DNA of 64,000 nucleotides from Nitrosopumilaceae archaeon (GTDB lineage: Archaea > Thermoproteota > Nitrososphaeria > Nitrososphaerales > Nitrosopumilaceae), in contig CBDCCK010000002.1 of the NCBI GenBank assembly GCA_965214835.1, forward strand, positions 192,001 through 256,000. The letters are read 5' to 3'. Each line of letters starts with the position of its first letter. The stretch's first letter is position 1. This document shows positions 48,178 through 57,962 of the stretch, piece after piece. The translations under genes and the position numbers were made by a program. The notes beneath the pieces were generated by a model that was given only the letters and a program-made list of their open reading frames with translations, was not told where the DNA came from and did not search any database.

Positions 48178-49377
48178 ATGGCAGTACCCGAGATTGACTC
48201 GACTGTGGGCCTCCTGTGCTATTCCACGAAATTCCCCGGAACCGGCGGCAGAATCAGGGAATCCTGCGGGGACTTTCAGGTAACTGAGATCCTGTCTCCT
48301 AGAGCAGAGTCCTTGATTCAGGAGGCGGGGGGCTATCCCGTCTACTCCCTTAAAAAATCCAGGATCGATACAAACCACGCCCTGTCCGGCCTGTACAAGA
48401 AGACCGGGCTCCGGCTGCGCTCGCTGGGACTCAAGGACGCCGATGCGGTAACGACACAGTATGTCTACTCTAATGCAAAAGCAGCAGGCCTGGAAAAATT
48501 TGAGGCCGGCAGGTACTCCCTTCAAAGGCTCGGATATACGAAAAGGCCCCTGTCAAAAAAGTACATGCTGGGAAACCGATTCAGGATCAAGGTTTCGGGC
48601 AACCCCTCCGGTCTTGATTCCTTTGACGAGCACCGGCACATCCTTAACTTTTACGGCTATCAGAGATTCGGCTCCTCCCGTCCGGTGACCCACAGGATAG
48701 GAAGGTCGCTGGTTCGGAGGCAGTACTCTGATGCCGTTAACTATATTCTGTCCTATACCTCAAAGTATGACACTGACGAGAACACCAGGATCAGAAAGGA
48801 GATGGGGGATCCTTCAAAATTCAGGGAGATTTACGGGCAGATACCTCCCCGGATGGACCTTGAACGCAGGGTCATTGCCGAGTTGATGAAGCACGGGGAC
48901 GCATTCAAGGCCATCAGGTCGCTTCCTGTCGAGATGCGGCGGTTCTATATCCAGGCATACCAGTCATACCTTTTCAACCTTGCAGTCAGTCGCGCATTCG
49001 ATCATGGCGAGGAGCTCTTCGAGCCGCAGGACGGCGATGTGTGCTACGACGGCAACGGGATCCTAGGCAAGCGCGTAGATGGCCTGGATCAGAGCCTTGC
49101 AATACCGACTGTAGGCTATTCTTACTACAAAAAAACGAGATTTCACTTTCACATATCAAAGGTTTTAGAGTGCGAGGACGTCATGCCAAAGGACTTTTAC
49201 ATGAAGGAGATGCAGGAGGCAAGCAACGGGGGCGGCTTTCGAAACGCCTCTGTCAGGGTAGATGACTTTTCCACGGACGGCAGCTGGGCGTCATTTTCGC
49301 TGTCCCGCGGCTCCTTTGCCACGATTGTAATGCGTGAAATAATAAAACCTGCCGAGCCCCTGCAGTCCGGATTCTAA
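48178..49377 (+). CDS. truD: tRNA pseudouridine(13) synthase
   Basis: DFQVTE, GLKDADAVTTQ, GNRF, NFYGYQRFG, AYQSYLFN, GSFAT. Confidence 0.95.
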   Translation: MAVPEIDSTVGLLCYSTKFPGTGGRIRESCGDFQVTEILSPRAESLIQEAGGYPVYSLKKSRIDTNHALSGLYKKTGLRLRSLGLKDADAVTTQYVYSNAKAAGLEKFEAGRYSLQRLGYTKRPLSKKYMLGNRFRIKVSGNPSGLDSFDEHRHILNFYGYQRFGSSRPVTHRIGRSLVRRQYSDAVNYILSYTSKYDTDENTRIRKEMGDPSKFREIYGQIPPRMDLERRVIAELMKHGDAFKAIRSLPVEMRRFYIQAYQSYLFNLAVSRAFDHGEELFEPQDGDVCYDGNGILGKRVDGLDQSLAIPTVGYSYYKKTRFHFHISKVLECEDVMPKDFYMKEMQEASNGGGFRNASVRVDDFSTDGSWASFSLSRGSFATIVMREIIKPAEPLQSGF

Positions 49378-49457
49378 GGCGGTCATGGCTCACTCCCGAT
49401 GCCACCGGCGGCACCGCTCATCATGAGGGATTCTGCCTGTGTTTTTACGGCGGCCCC

Positions 49458-49568
49458 GTAACAGGTCGGGCTCTGGAAGTTCAGGCACAAATTTTGCCAC
49501 CAAAAAGGGCCGCTCAAACAGAATTCATGCCTAAAATCAGGAGCAGCTTCCAGAGCCTGACCTGTTAC
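49458..49568. mobile_element. 111-bp IS66-type MITE (family A) with exact 8-bp TSD GCGGCCCC
   Basis: 22-bp TIRs GTAACAGGTCGGGCTCTGGAAG; TSD 49450-49457 and 49569-49576. Confidence 0.92.
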
Positions 49569-49842
49569 GCGGCCCCCTTGACGAAGGACTCTACCGAGCG
49601 GCGCCATGACTTTCATGTGGCATACCGGCAGCTCCGATTTAGTGTGCACAGCTGAAAACCAACCATTTTTTATCGAAATATGCACGGTGTGTCAAAATTA
49701 TGGTCCGTTTTTTGATGTGGGCTGCCCTGACTAGGCGGACATGACACAGCAGAGACTCAGGATAGTGGGGGCCTGCCCTCCGCATGTGAGCTCCTGCGAT
49801 TGGAAAAGGCACCCGGCATGTCCACGCCCCACGGCTGCCTTG

Positions 49843-50052
49843 TCACCTGTTGGATCTAACCCAAATCACGATCCCCGCTACGGTAATTGACGCCCCGACT
49901 GCTGCTATTTGAATCCCATAGCCCACCCATTCCGGATTCGAGTACATAAAAGACGACTCTGGGCCCACTATTGAGAGTCCCTGCAGGTAAAAGACGACCC
50001 CAAAAAGCAGTACCAGTACTCCTCCAATGGTCATGTGCCTGCCTGTCCTCAT
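49843..50052 (-). CDS. small 2-TM membrane protein
   Basis: QG..IVGPESSFMYSNPEW between two TMs. Confidence 0.75.
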   Translation of the reverse strand: MRTGRHMTIGGVLVLLFGVVFYLQGLSIVGPESSFMYSNPEWVGYGIQIAAVGASITVAGIVIWVRSNR

Positions 50053-50083
50053 CGACTAGTCATGGGCCCTTGCTGTCTAAAAA

Positions 50084-50194
50084 GTGGCAGGTCGGGCTCT
50101 GGAAGCTGTTCCTGATTTCAGGCATGAATCTGCCCGGGAGAGACCTCCGGGGTGGCAAAATTCACGCCTGAGCTTCCAGAGCCCGATCTGTTAC
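50084..50194. mobile_element. 111-bp IS66-type MITE (family A)
   Basis: TIRs; TSD TCTAAAAA/GCTAAAAA (7/8). Confidence 0.85.
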
Positions 50195-50277
50195 GCTAAA
50201 AAGGTAAACAGAATTGGATCAATTACACAAATGATTTTTTAATCTTTTCTTTAATCGTTATTTTTTGAGCCCAGATA

Positions 50278-50967
50278 GTGTACAACTGGGAATACGACGT
50301 ATCTGACTCGCGCCGCCCTGCGCACCTCAACCTAGTGCTGTTTGCAGTATCTGCCACGATGGCCGTCGTCTTGTTCCTGATATTTCACCCGCAGATTGAA
50401 AGAATCAACCAAGAGTCCCCGATTCTGATCAACGTCATGTTTGCGCCCGCCATGGCGATAGGATTCCTCTACGGTATGCGGATTACCGAGCGTGCAGTGA
50501 GGCCATCTGAGACCCGCAGTCCGGTCAAGCGCTCGGTCGTAAAGATCTTCCTGTTCTTTTTTGTAATCGGAGGGCTGTTTAGCTCCGTAAACTTTGCATT
50601 AAACGGCGGAAGCGTGATGCCCGATATAGCCATCCTGGAGGACGGGCTGCTGCCGTGGATTTCTGACTTTGTAGCTGCAAACGGAGGCGCTACGTTTCTG
50701 ATAATCTCCAGCATAGCGCTGATGGCAGCTGCGACAAAGCGCATCGTCGGAATGGATTCAGGGGCCCTAAACGCAGTCGTAACCTCTGTGAGCACCTTTG
50801 TCTTCTTTTCCATGCTTGCGCTGAGCTTTACAAAGTCCGATCCTACAAGCGCCGGCGTGTTCCTGTATACCTTCTACCATGCCGGAATCATCGGCGGGGC
50901 GTTCTTTGCAATGAACAGGCTGACAAGAAACCTAAACTCCTGGGAGGACTTTTCCAATGGATACTAG
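50278..50967 (+). CDS. multi-TM hypothetical protein
   Basis: About six hydrophobic helices. Confidence 0.75.
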   Translation: MYNWEYDVSDSRRPAHLNLVLFAVSATMAVVLFLIFHPQIERINQESPILINVMFAPAMAIGFLYGMRITERAVRPSETRSPVKRSVVKIFLFFFVIGGLFSSVNFALNGGSVMPDIAILEDGLLPWISDFVAANGGATFLIISSIALMAAATKRIVGMDSGALNAVVTSVSTFVFFSMLALSFTKSDPTSAGVFLYTFYHAGIIGGAFFAMNRLTRNLNSWEDFSNGY

Positions 50968-51215
50968 CCTTGATCGGTAAATACCCCCGATGCCGGCGTG
51001 TTAATCCTGCTGAGGTATTTTGAGCACATTGCCCCCTCAAAGTTCATCTCCCTGCACTGCTCAAACTCCGCGGTCTTTGCCCTCTGGTAATTGTCTGCAT
51101 ACAGCACGTCGTCCCCAATAAAGAGTGCAAGCAGCCCTATGGCGGCCAGTCCGCCTGCAACGGCAACCATGGACCATCCCACGGCCCTGTAGTTGTGAGG
51201 ATCCCTGTCTGCCAT
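50964..51215 (-). CDS. small membrane protein
   Basis: Single TM, IGDDVLY, two Cys. Confidence 0.7.
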   Translation of the reverse strand: MADRDPHNYRAVGWSMVAVAGGLAAIGLLALFIGDDVLYADNYQRAKTAEFEQCREMNFEGAMCSKYLSRINTPASGVFTDQG

Positions 51216-51314
51216 TTAGCGACTCTTCAGACATGTTGCATTTATTCCTTTCAAATACCGGCGGCGATCACCGTGGGCTTGGAAAAATGTAAAGCCTAGA
51301 GCTTTGAACATACT

Positions 51315-52043
51315 GTGTTGGCAATCCAGATTCTTCACTATGAGTTCATGGGCCCGATACGCCTCGATGAGTGGGGCCCCCCGATGGAGGAGGTCGTCTA
51401 CGCTCTGCTGGCAAGAAGCAAGGACAGGTTCTCGCTGATCTTCGTTGATCAGTGTACAAAGTCTGAGGATGTCGGATTCTTTACAAAGAATCCCAGGTTC
51501 AAGTGCTGGATGGATCAGGCAGGTGGCGAGGGCAACCTCTATGTTGCAATACATCCCATGTTTGGCTCATCTGTTCCCGACAGGAGGTTTGCCGTGGGAA
51601 AGATAGTCTCAAAGTACTCCCCGCACTGTAACATGGTACCCGCACCCGAGCAGACGGGGGAGGAGAGCTGGGTGGCCCCGTCCGAAAACAAAGTGCCTGC
51701 GCGGCCGTCTCCTGAGCAGGACGACTCCACAAAACCGCTAGGATTTGTAGACCCCGAAAAAGAGCCCAAGCATTACGTCAGGCGGTATCTGGAGGAGGAG
51801 TCCTACAGGGATTGGTTCCACAAGAACTATCCGGGCCGTACCATATATCAGGGCCTTGGCATCTCCGAGGACGAGTATCACAGAATTGTAAACGAGCTTG
51901 GCGCCCCCGACTGCCCGCAGCCGCCCGGGGACTCTGTAAGGTGTGCCTGCTGCGGCTCTGACATGCGTCTGGAGCGCAAGCTGCAGCAGAGCAGTCTGTA
52001 CAGGTGTGACAGCTGTGGCATCAGTGAGACGAGGCTAGGGTGA
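51315..52043 (+). CDS. hypothetical protein with FVDxxKxPxxY module and C-terminal Zn ribbon
   Basis: YEFMGPI..WGPPM N-domain; FVDPEKEPKHYVRRY..WFHKNYP; CACC..CDSC. Confidence 0.75.
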   Translation: MLAIQILHYEFMGPIRLDEWGPPMEEVVYALLARSKDRFSLIFVDQCTKSEDVGFFTKNPRFKCWMDQAGGEGNLYVAIHPMFGSSVPDRRFAVGKIVSKYSPHCNMVPAPEQTGEESWVAPSENKVPARPSPEQDDSTKPLGFVDPEKEPKHYVRRYLEEESYRDWFHKNYPGRTIYQGLGISEDEYHRIVNELGAPDCPQPPGDSVRCACCGSDMRLERKLQQSSLYRCDSCGISETRLG

Positions 52044-52047
52044 GTTG

Positions 52048-52158
52048 GTAACAGGTCGGGTTCTGGAAGTTCAGGCACAAATTTTGCCACCAAAAAGGGC
52101 CGCTCAGACAGAATTCATGCCTAAAATCAGGAGCAGCTTCCAGAGCCTGACCTGTTAC
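52048..52158. mobile_element. 111-bp IS66-type MITE (family A) with exact 8-bp TSD GTGAGTTG
   Basis: Two differences from 49458..49568; TSD 52040-52047 and 52159-52166. Confidence 0.92.
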
Positions 52159-52414
52159 GTGAGTTGGCTTTATTCTGAACGTCAAACAGCTGCAGCGTAA
52201 GCAGATCAATGGCTTTTTTTAGGTGCTCAAACTCGTCAATTGAGTGAATCTGGCCCTCAGTCAGCGCCCTTAGCACCTTGACGACTCCCTTTTGATACTC
52301 GCCTGCAGCTACGATTTCCAGTGCGTTGATCTTGGACAGCATGTTATCCAAGTCCCTTTTCATCTCCTCGGCCGGCGCGTGCCTGTTCATGCCTTCCCAC
52401 AGACTGCTTCCCAT
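52127..52414 (-). CDS. conserved coiled-coil hypothetical protein, C-terminus extended into the MITE
   Basis: Helical ORF; last 10 codons are MITE-derived. Confidence 0.75.
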   Translation of the reverse strand: MGSSLWEGMNRHAPAEEMKRDLDNMLSKINALEIVAAGEYQKGVVKVLRALTEGQIHSIDEFEHLKKAIDLLTLQLFDVQNKANSRNRSGSGSCS

Positions 52415-52419
52415 ATGAA

Positions 52420-52578
52420 TCAGAGCAGGTCCTCGTCAATTCTTTTTATGCTGTCTGCATACTGCATGCATGTGCACTGGGGTATCTGGCACCTCCCCAG
52501 CTTCATCAAAGAGTCGCTGCCTGGCGACTCTAGATGGGCCCTGCCTGTGTGGTGGCATCTCTCACAGTTCATGGGCAT
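52420..52578 (-). CDS. small Cys/His-rich protein
   Basis: MPMNCERCHH..H..CQIPQCTC; lies between ADH and the next gene; not in the ORF track. Confidence 0.65.
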   Translation of the reverse strand: MPMNCERCHHTGRAHLESPGSDSLMKLGRCQIPQCTCMQYADSIKRIDEDLL

Positions 52579-52580
52579 CC

Positions 52581-53618
52581 CTATGGAATCAGCACGGCAC
52601 GCGCGTCAATCTGTGAGTTTTTCAGCTTTTCCAAGACCTCGTTTGCCTGCTCTAGCGGATATGCCTCTGATACCACGTCCAAACCGTGCAGGTCGGCAAT
52701 CTTGACTACCTGCCTCATGTCCTCCACAGAGCCAATCAGCGTTCCTTTGACGGTTTTTTCCTCAAATGCCACAAACCCCGTAATCTCGCCAATTGTTGCT
52801 ATTACTACAAGCCCGCCCTTTTTGACTGCCTTGATTGCAGTGTCTGTGACCTGATCGTTTGGCGCAAGAACAATTGCGGCATCCAGCATGCCTGCCGTGC
52901 TCTTGATGTCCCCAAGCAGCGCGTCCTGGTTTTCCTGGTACCTTACCGTCCTGTCTGCCCCCAGCCTTTTTGCAACGTCCAGATGTCTTTGTGATCTGGT
53001 TATCGCCGTGACCTCAAAGCCGTCTACCTTTGCAAACTGGACTGCCATGTGGCCCACGCCTCCTATTCCAAAGATCCCCACCTTGCGTCGCGGTCCGGGC
53101 TCTGCGGCCTTTACTGCCTTGTATGCGGTAATTCCGGCACAAAATAGCGGCGCTGCATATTCTGGTCTCATCGTATCGGGAACCCTTACTGCAAAGTCCT
53201 CTGCCACTGTCACGTACTCGGCGTATCCGCCCTTGAGGGTCTCGCCCAAGATCTTCGAGTCATCACACAGGTTCTCCTTTCCCTCCATGCAATAGTCGCA
53301 CTCTTGGCATGACTCCAGCAGCGGGGAGACCCCCGCACGCTCTCCCACCTTGAATTTTGTAACGTCACTTCCCACCTCTACCACCTCTCCGACTATTTCG
53401 TGTCCCGGAACAGTTGGCAGTTGTGGGGGGATCCCCAACTCCTTCCAGTCCCCCTCTATTCCGTGCAGCTGCGAGTGACAGACCCCGCAGGCCTGAATCC
53501 TGATTAGGATTTCGTTCGTCCGCTGAATTTGGTGCTTTTCAATCTCTGACAGCCTCAGAGGCTTTGATTCAATGGGCCCTAGCCGCCCTAGAACCATGGC
53601 CTTCATTTTTTCTGGCAT
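52581..53618 (-). CDS. zinc-dependent alcohol dehydrogenase
   Basis: CGVCH, PGHE, CQECDYC..C, CAGITAY, GIGGVG. Confidence 0.92.
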   Translation of the reverse strand: MPEKMKAMVLGRLGPIESKPLRLSEIEKHQIQRTNEILIRIQACGVCHSQLHGIEGDWKELGIPPQLPTVPGHEIVGEVVEVGSDVTKFKVGERAGVSPLLESCQECDYCMEGKENLCDDSKILGETLKGGYAEYVTVAEDFAVRVPDTMRPEYAAPLFCAGITAYKAVKAAEPGPRRKVGIFGIGGVGHMAVQFAKVDGFEVTAITRSQRHLDVAKRLGADRTVRYQENQDALLGDIKSTAGMLDAAIVLAPNDQVTDTAIKAVKKGGLVVIATIGEITGFVAFEEKTVKGTLIGSVEDMRQVVKIADLHGLDVVSEAYPLEQANEVLEKLKNSQIDARAVLIP

Positions 53619-53684
53619 GGGTCAGTGTCACTTTGTGCCAATATTAGATTAACCTTCCTTAGCTTTGACAAAAGTTTACCCCCT

Positions 53685-53735
53685 GCACAAAAGATTAGCT
53701 GTTTTTACGCATTCAGGTACGATCATACAGCAAGA
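53685..53735. repeat. partial copy of MITE family B
   Basis: ATTAGCTGTTTTTACGCATTCAGG matches the 58425 and 59541 copies. Confidence 0.6.
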
Positions 53736-53772
53736 CGCGCTTGAAAAAGCCTTTTTCTATGACTAATCCGTC

Positions 53773-54870
53773 TATACTGATGGTCATTGAAAATTTCGCC
53801 TGATCACACATCTTGTAAAGGTTTATAGCTCCCCACCATGTCACTCCCGGCATGAACAAGACGAAAATCCTCACGGATGCCATGCATGTCGAAAAGGATC
53901 TCAAGACTCACACCAGAATCATGGCGGTGCGCTCCGTACTGCTTGGCAACACCACCGCACATACTGCGGAGATTGCCGACGTGACACAGCGCACCGTACA
54001 GATGTGGGTTGAAAGGTTCGAGCTTGACGGCATCGAGGGCCTCCGTGACTCCCCCAACAGGGGCAAAAAACCAAAGGTTCCGGTCGGCAGGATAAAAAAG
54101 ATCGCCACGAGGCTGCGCAGGATGGAAAAGCTCACCCCGAAGAAGCTGTGCAACTGGGTACGCCACAGGCTGCATGTCACATACAGCGTGGGAAGCATCA
54201 GGAGGATCCTGCGCGCGATGGGGTTTTCGCTAAAGACATCAACTACCAAGCTGGCAGATGCTGCCGACGCAAAAGCTGTAAGACGGTGGCAAAGAGAGGC
54301 AAAAACTGCGATAAAGCTTGCAAAAAGGCGCGGATTTAGGATAACCGTACAGGACGAATCGATATTCGTCAGTACGGGAAGGGACGGCAAAAAGTTCTGG
54401 TCGCCCGTGGGGGACAGGATCGAGGTGGAACGATCCGGCAGAAGGGAGCGCGTCGTGGTATACGGGACGATTGCAGACGACGGAACCAGGCTGATGCGCA
54501 CGTACGACAGGTTCAACAGCGCAAACTTTGTGCATTATCTTAAACAGGCGCACAAAAAGTGGGGAAAGGTCCTGATGGTGATGGACAACGCAGCACAGCA
54601 CAAGACCAAAAAGGTCCGCAGATACCTAAAGAAAAATCCCGACGTTGTCTTGCTGTACCTGCCGGTAGCTAGGCCGGAGCTGAGCGCCATAGAGGCAGTC
54701 TGGAAGGATGCCAAGTACAGGCTGGTCACGTCTGCCTTTTACGACACGGTGGATCACCTCAAAAAGGCCGTCTCGGAATACTTTAGGACGTGTTCCATCA
54801 GGGTTGACATCTACAAGTATCTTGAGCGCAGCTTGTAAGGGAGGCGAAATTTTCAATGGTCATCAGTATA
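53773..54870 (+). mobile_element. intact IS630-family insertion sequence
   Basis: 29-bp TIRs including TA (27/29) TATACTGATGGTCATTGAAAATTTCGCCT; TA duplicated in a CTAG target. Confidence 0.95.
53852..54838 (+). CDS. IS630 transposase
   Basis: HTH; DDE triad QDES, MDNAAQH, PELSAIE; uninterrupted 328 aa. Confidence 0.95.
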   Translation: MNKTKILTDAMHVEKDLKTHTRIMAVRSVLLGNTTAHTAEIADVTQRTVQMWVERFELDGIEGLRDSPNRGKKPKVPVGRIKKIATRLRRMEKLTPKKLCNWVRHRLHVTYSVGSIRRILRAMGFSLKTSTTKLADAADAKAVRRWQREAKTAIKLAKRRGFRITVQDESIFVSTGRDGKKFWSPVGDRIEVERSGRRERVVVYGTIADDGTRLMRTYDRFNSANFVHYLKQAHKKWGKVLMVMDNAAQHKTKKVRRYLKKNPDVVLLYLPVARPELSAIEAVWKDAKYRLVTSAFYDTVDHLKKAVSEYFRTCSIRVDIYKYLERSL

Positions 54871-54902
54871 GATTGTTATCCGAGTTCGAATGGCGGTATG
54901 CA

Positions 54903-55130
54903 ATGAATGAGAAAATCTCCTCTGAAGACATCGAAAGGGTAACCCTGCTGAAAATCGTCAGCGATGGGAGCCTAAAGGCGCTAAACTACGATCAGCTGAG
55001 GCGCCTGGAAGCACTGGTGCAAAAGAAGGACTACAGCCACGACAAAAAGGCCCACAAGTCAAAAGTGAAGCTGCTGGCAAAAATCAACGTCAGAATCTAC
55101 GAACTGCAGGAGGGAGGGGAGGGAATCTAA
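54903..55130 (+). CDS. small basic hypothetical protein
   Basis: ATG 54903 just downstream of the IS end. Confidence 0.7.
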   Translation: MNEKISSEDIERVTLLKIVSDGSLKALNYDQLRRLEALVQKKDYSHDKKAHKSKVKLLAKINVRIYELQEGGEGI

Positions 55131-55219
55131 AATACAGACGCAATGGTGCACTCAAAGGAGCACACCCTCAGCCCGCCCTGGAACCTTCTTCCGCACACCT
55201 TGCAGCTCTGCTTTGCCAT
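55127..55219 (-). CDS. 30-aa zinc-finger mini-protein
   Basis: MAKQSCKVCGRRF..VCSFEC; TATA-like box near 55241-55248. Confidence 0.55.
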   Translation of the reverse strand: MAKQSCKVCGRRFQGGLRVCSFECTIASVF

Positions 55220-55254
55220 GTCTTGTCTGGAGCTTTTTTCTAATTAAACACTTG

Positions 55255-55338
55255 CAAAATTAGACGCGACTAATTAGTCCCAACTAATTCAGTCGGTGTA
55301 GAAAATTAGCGCAAACTAATTAGGCGATTCTAATTTTG
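55255..55338. promoter_or_regulatory. 24-bp-arm inverted repeat with clustered CTAATT/AATTAG boxes in a divergent promoter
   Basis: CAAAATTAGACGCGACTAATTAGT...ACTAATTAGGCGATTCTAATTTTG (21/24). Confidence 0.6.
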
Positions 55339-55373
55339 AAATGCTTTAAATTGCTTTTTGGCATGTAGGCGTC

Positions 55374-55556
55374 ATGAGGATTGACTTGTGTAGGAGATGC
55401 GGCTCCGAAATGGGGGTCAGCGTGCGCTGTGATATTTGCCATGGCGCAAACGAGTTCCTTTGCAGCGAGTGTGGTGCGGCCAGCCAGAAGCAGGTCCACC
55501 TGCCCTGCATACTGATCAGCCTGCATTACGCCCTGCTAGGAGCGGGTGCGGCGTAG
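55374..55556 (+). CDS. small zinc-finger protein
   Basis: CRRC, CDIC, CSEC, HxxC. Confidence 0.7.
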   Translation: MRIDLCRRCGSEMGVSVRCDICHGANEFLCSECGAASQKQVHLPCILISLHYALLGAGAA

Positions 55557-55587
55557 ATACAAATACCAATGAAATCCAAGGAATCCC

Positions 55588-57615
55588 GTGGCCGAAAACA
55601 GCCTAGTTCGCGAAACCAGCCCATATCTTTTGCAGCATGCGCACAATCCCGTGGACTGGCACTCTTGGAATGATGCTGCCCTTGCCAGGGCAAAAAGTGA
55701 AAACAAGCCCATTTTCCTGAGCATAGGGTACAGCTCGTGCCACTGGTGCCATGTAATGGCCCACGAATCGTTTGAAAACGACGACATTGCCAGGATAATG
55801 AACGAGCATTTTGTCAACATCAAGGTAGACAGGGAGGAGCGCCCCGACATTGATGACATTTATCAGAAGGCCTGCCAGATGGCTACCGGACAGGGCGGCT
55901 GGCCGCTGAGTGTGTTCCTGACGCCTGAGCAAAAACCCTTCCATGTCGGGACGTATTTTCCGGTTCTTGACTCCTACGGACGCCCCGGATTCGGCAGCAT
56001 CCTAAGGCAGATGGCCCAGGCCTGGAAGGAAAGGCCAGGCGAGATCAAAAAGGCAGCCGAAAGCTTTGTCGGCAGCCTCAGCCGTACAGAGCAGCCTCAG
56101 GCACCTTCAAAAATCGAGAGATCCCTTTTGGATGAGGCTGCAGTGAACCTCCTGCAGCTCGGAGATATCACAAACGGGGGATTCGGCTCTGCGCCAAAGT
56201 TTCCAAACGCAGCAAACATCTCCTTTATGTTCAGGTATGCAAGGCTGTCTGGAATAGCAAAGTTTCAGGAGTTTGCCCTAAAGACGCTAAACAGGATGGC
56301 GCGCGGGGGAATCTTTGATCAGATCGGGGGAGGATTCCACAGGTACTCCACCGATGCAAGGTGGCTGGTCCCTCACTTTGAAAAAATGCTGTATGATAAT
56401 GCGCTAATCCCCGTAAACTATGCAGAGGCCTACCAGATAACAGGGGATCCCCTGTACCTTGAAACCCTACAAAAGACGTTGGACTTTGTCTTACGCGAGA
56501 TGTCTTCTGGCGGCGGCGGTTTTTACTCCGCACAGGATGCCGATTCCGAAGGCAGCGAGGGTAGGTTCTATGTTTGGAAAAAGAGCGAAATCAGGGAAAT
56601 CCTGGGCGGCGATGCAGATGTGTTTTGCACGTATTATGACGTGACAGACGGCGGGAACTGGGAGGGCAACACGATACTGTGCAATAACCTCGACATCTCG
56701 GCAGTCTCGTTTCAGTCCGGGCTAGAGGAGTCAAGGGTGCGCGAAATTCTAAAGGACGGCGCCCGAAAACTGCTTGAGAGCAGAAACGGGCGCGTGCGGC
56801 CCGGACTGGATGACAAGATACTGACGTCCTGGAATGCTCTGATGATCACCGCGCTTGCAAAGGGGTACCGCGTGACCGACGACCCCAAGTACCTAGCGGC
56901 GGCCGAGGACTGCGTCTCCTTTATCAATGGCAGCCTCTTCCGGGACGAAAAGCTGCTTCGAACCCACAAGGACGGGGAGTCAAAAATCGACGGCTATCTG
57001 GAGGACTATGCGTACTTTGCCAACGCACTCCTTGATGTCTTTGAGATCAGCCCCGACGTCCGGCATCTTGAAAAGGCCCGGCTCCTTGCAGACTATCTCA
57101 TCGATCACTTCTGGGATGACGGGTCGGACAGCTTCTTTATGACTGCCGACAGCCACGAGCCCCTCATCATACGTCCAAAAAACAACCATGATCTCTCGCT
57201 TCCCTCTGGAAACTCCGTGGCAGCGCACCTGCTTTTGCGCCTCTATCACATGACCCAAAAACCCGACTATCTGAGGACATGTGAAAAAATCATGGGGTCG
57301 CAGGGGCAGATGGCAGCCGAAAACCCGTTTGGTTTTGGATACCTGCTCAATACGATCTACCTGTACCTGCAAAAGCCTACCGAGATTACGATTTTGGATG
57401 CCGACGGCAGGACCACCGCGGACATTTGCAAGCGCTACATTCCCGAATCAATTCTGGTATCGGTCAGATCCCCCAGGCAGCTTGAATCCCTCAAGTCAAT
57501 CGCATTTTTTGCAGGAAAGGAGTTCGACGACAGGCAGACCGTCTCATACGTGTGCAAGGACTTTACGTGCTCGCTACCCCTGAGATCAACCGAGGAGGTA
57601 ATCTCCCGGCTATGA
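55588..57615 (+). CDS. YyaL/SSP411-like thioredoxin-domain protein
   Basis: [44 protein letters not shown]. Confidence 0.93.
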   Translation: MAENSLVRETSPYLLQHAHNPVDWHSWNDAALARAKSENKPIFLSIGYSSCHWCHVMAHESFENDDIARIMNEHFVNIKVDREERPDIDDIYQKACQMATGQGGWPLSVFLTPEQKPFHVGTYFPVLDSYGRPGFGSILRQMAQAWKERPGEIKKAAESFVGSLSRTEQPQAPSKIERSLLDEAAVNLLQLGDITNGGFGSAPKFPNAANISFMFRYARLSGIAKFQEFALKTLNRMARGGIFDQIGGGFHRYSTDARWLVPHFEKMLYDNALIPVNYAEAYQITGDPLYLETLQKTLDFVLREMSSGGGGFYSAQDADSEGSEGRFYVWKKSEIREILGGDADVFCTYYDVTDGGNWEGNTILCNNLDISAVSFQSGLEESRVREILKDGARKLLESRNGRVRPGLDDKILTSWNALMITALAKGYRVTDDPKYLAAAEDCVSFINGSLFRDEKLLRTHKDGESKIDGYLEDYAYFANALLDVFEISPDVRHLEKARLLADYLIDHFWDDGSDSFFMTADSHEPLIIRPKNNHDLSLPSGNSVAAHLLLRLYHMTQKPDYLRTCEKIMGSQGQMAAENPFGFGYLLNTIYLYLQKPTEITILDADGRTTADICKRYIPESILVSVRSPRQLESLKSIAFFAGKEFDDRQTVSYVCKDFTCSLPLRSTEEVISRL

Positions 57616-57930
57616 CGGCCTCATCTGTATGTCAATTACAGAGCCCACCCGGGGCCTGCCCATCCTCTCATACCTGCCCTTTGGCATGGCAACCGTGACT
57701 GATGTCTGCTGGTAGCTCTTCACCTTGATTGTGGGCTGCGCCTGCAAGATTGCCTCTAGTAGCGGGGTCACCTGTTTTTTGGTATCAGGATCCAGTTTCT
57801 TTGCGACTGACTCCATGATCATCTGCTTTTGCGAGATTGGCTCCGTATTGACATTTTCAACCAGCGTCATTTGTATGGCCTGCCCGTTGTCTATGATCTG
57901 GGTTACTCGAAAGTCGGTCATTTCAGACAT
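57610..57930 (-). CDS. conserved hypothetical protein
   Basis: ORF with [12 protein letters not shown]-terminus. Confidence 0.7.
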   Translation of the reverse strand: MSEMTDFRVTQIIDNGQAIQMTLVENVNTEPISQKQMIMESVAKKLDPDTKKQVTPLLEAILQAQPTIKVKSYQQTSVTVAMPKGRYERMGRPRVGSVIDIQMRPS

Positions 57931-57962
57931 GTAACCTCTCACCCTCGCCTTTGCTTTTATCT

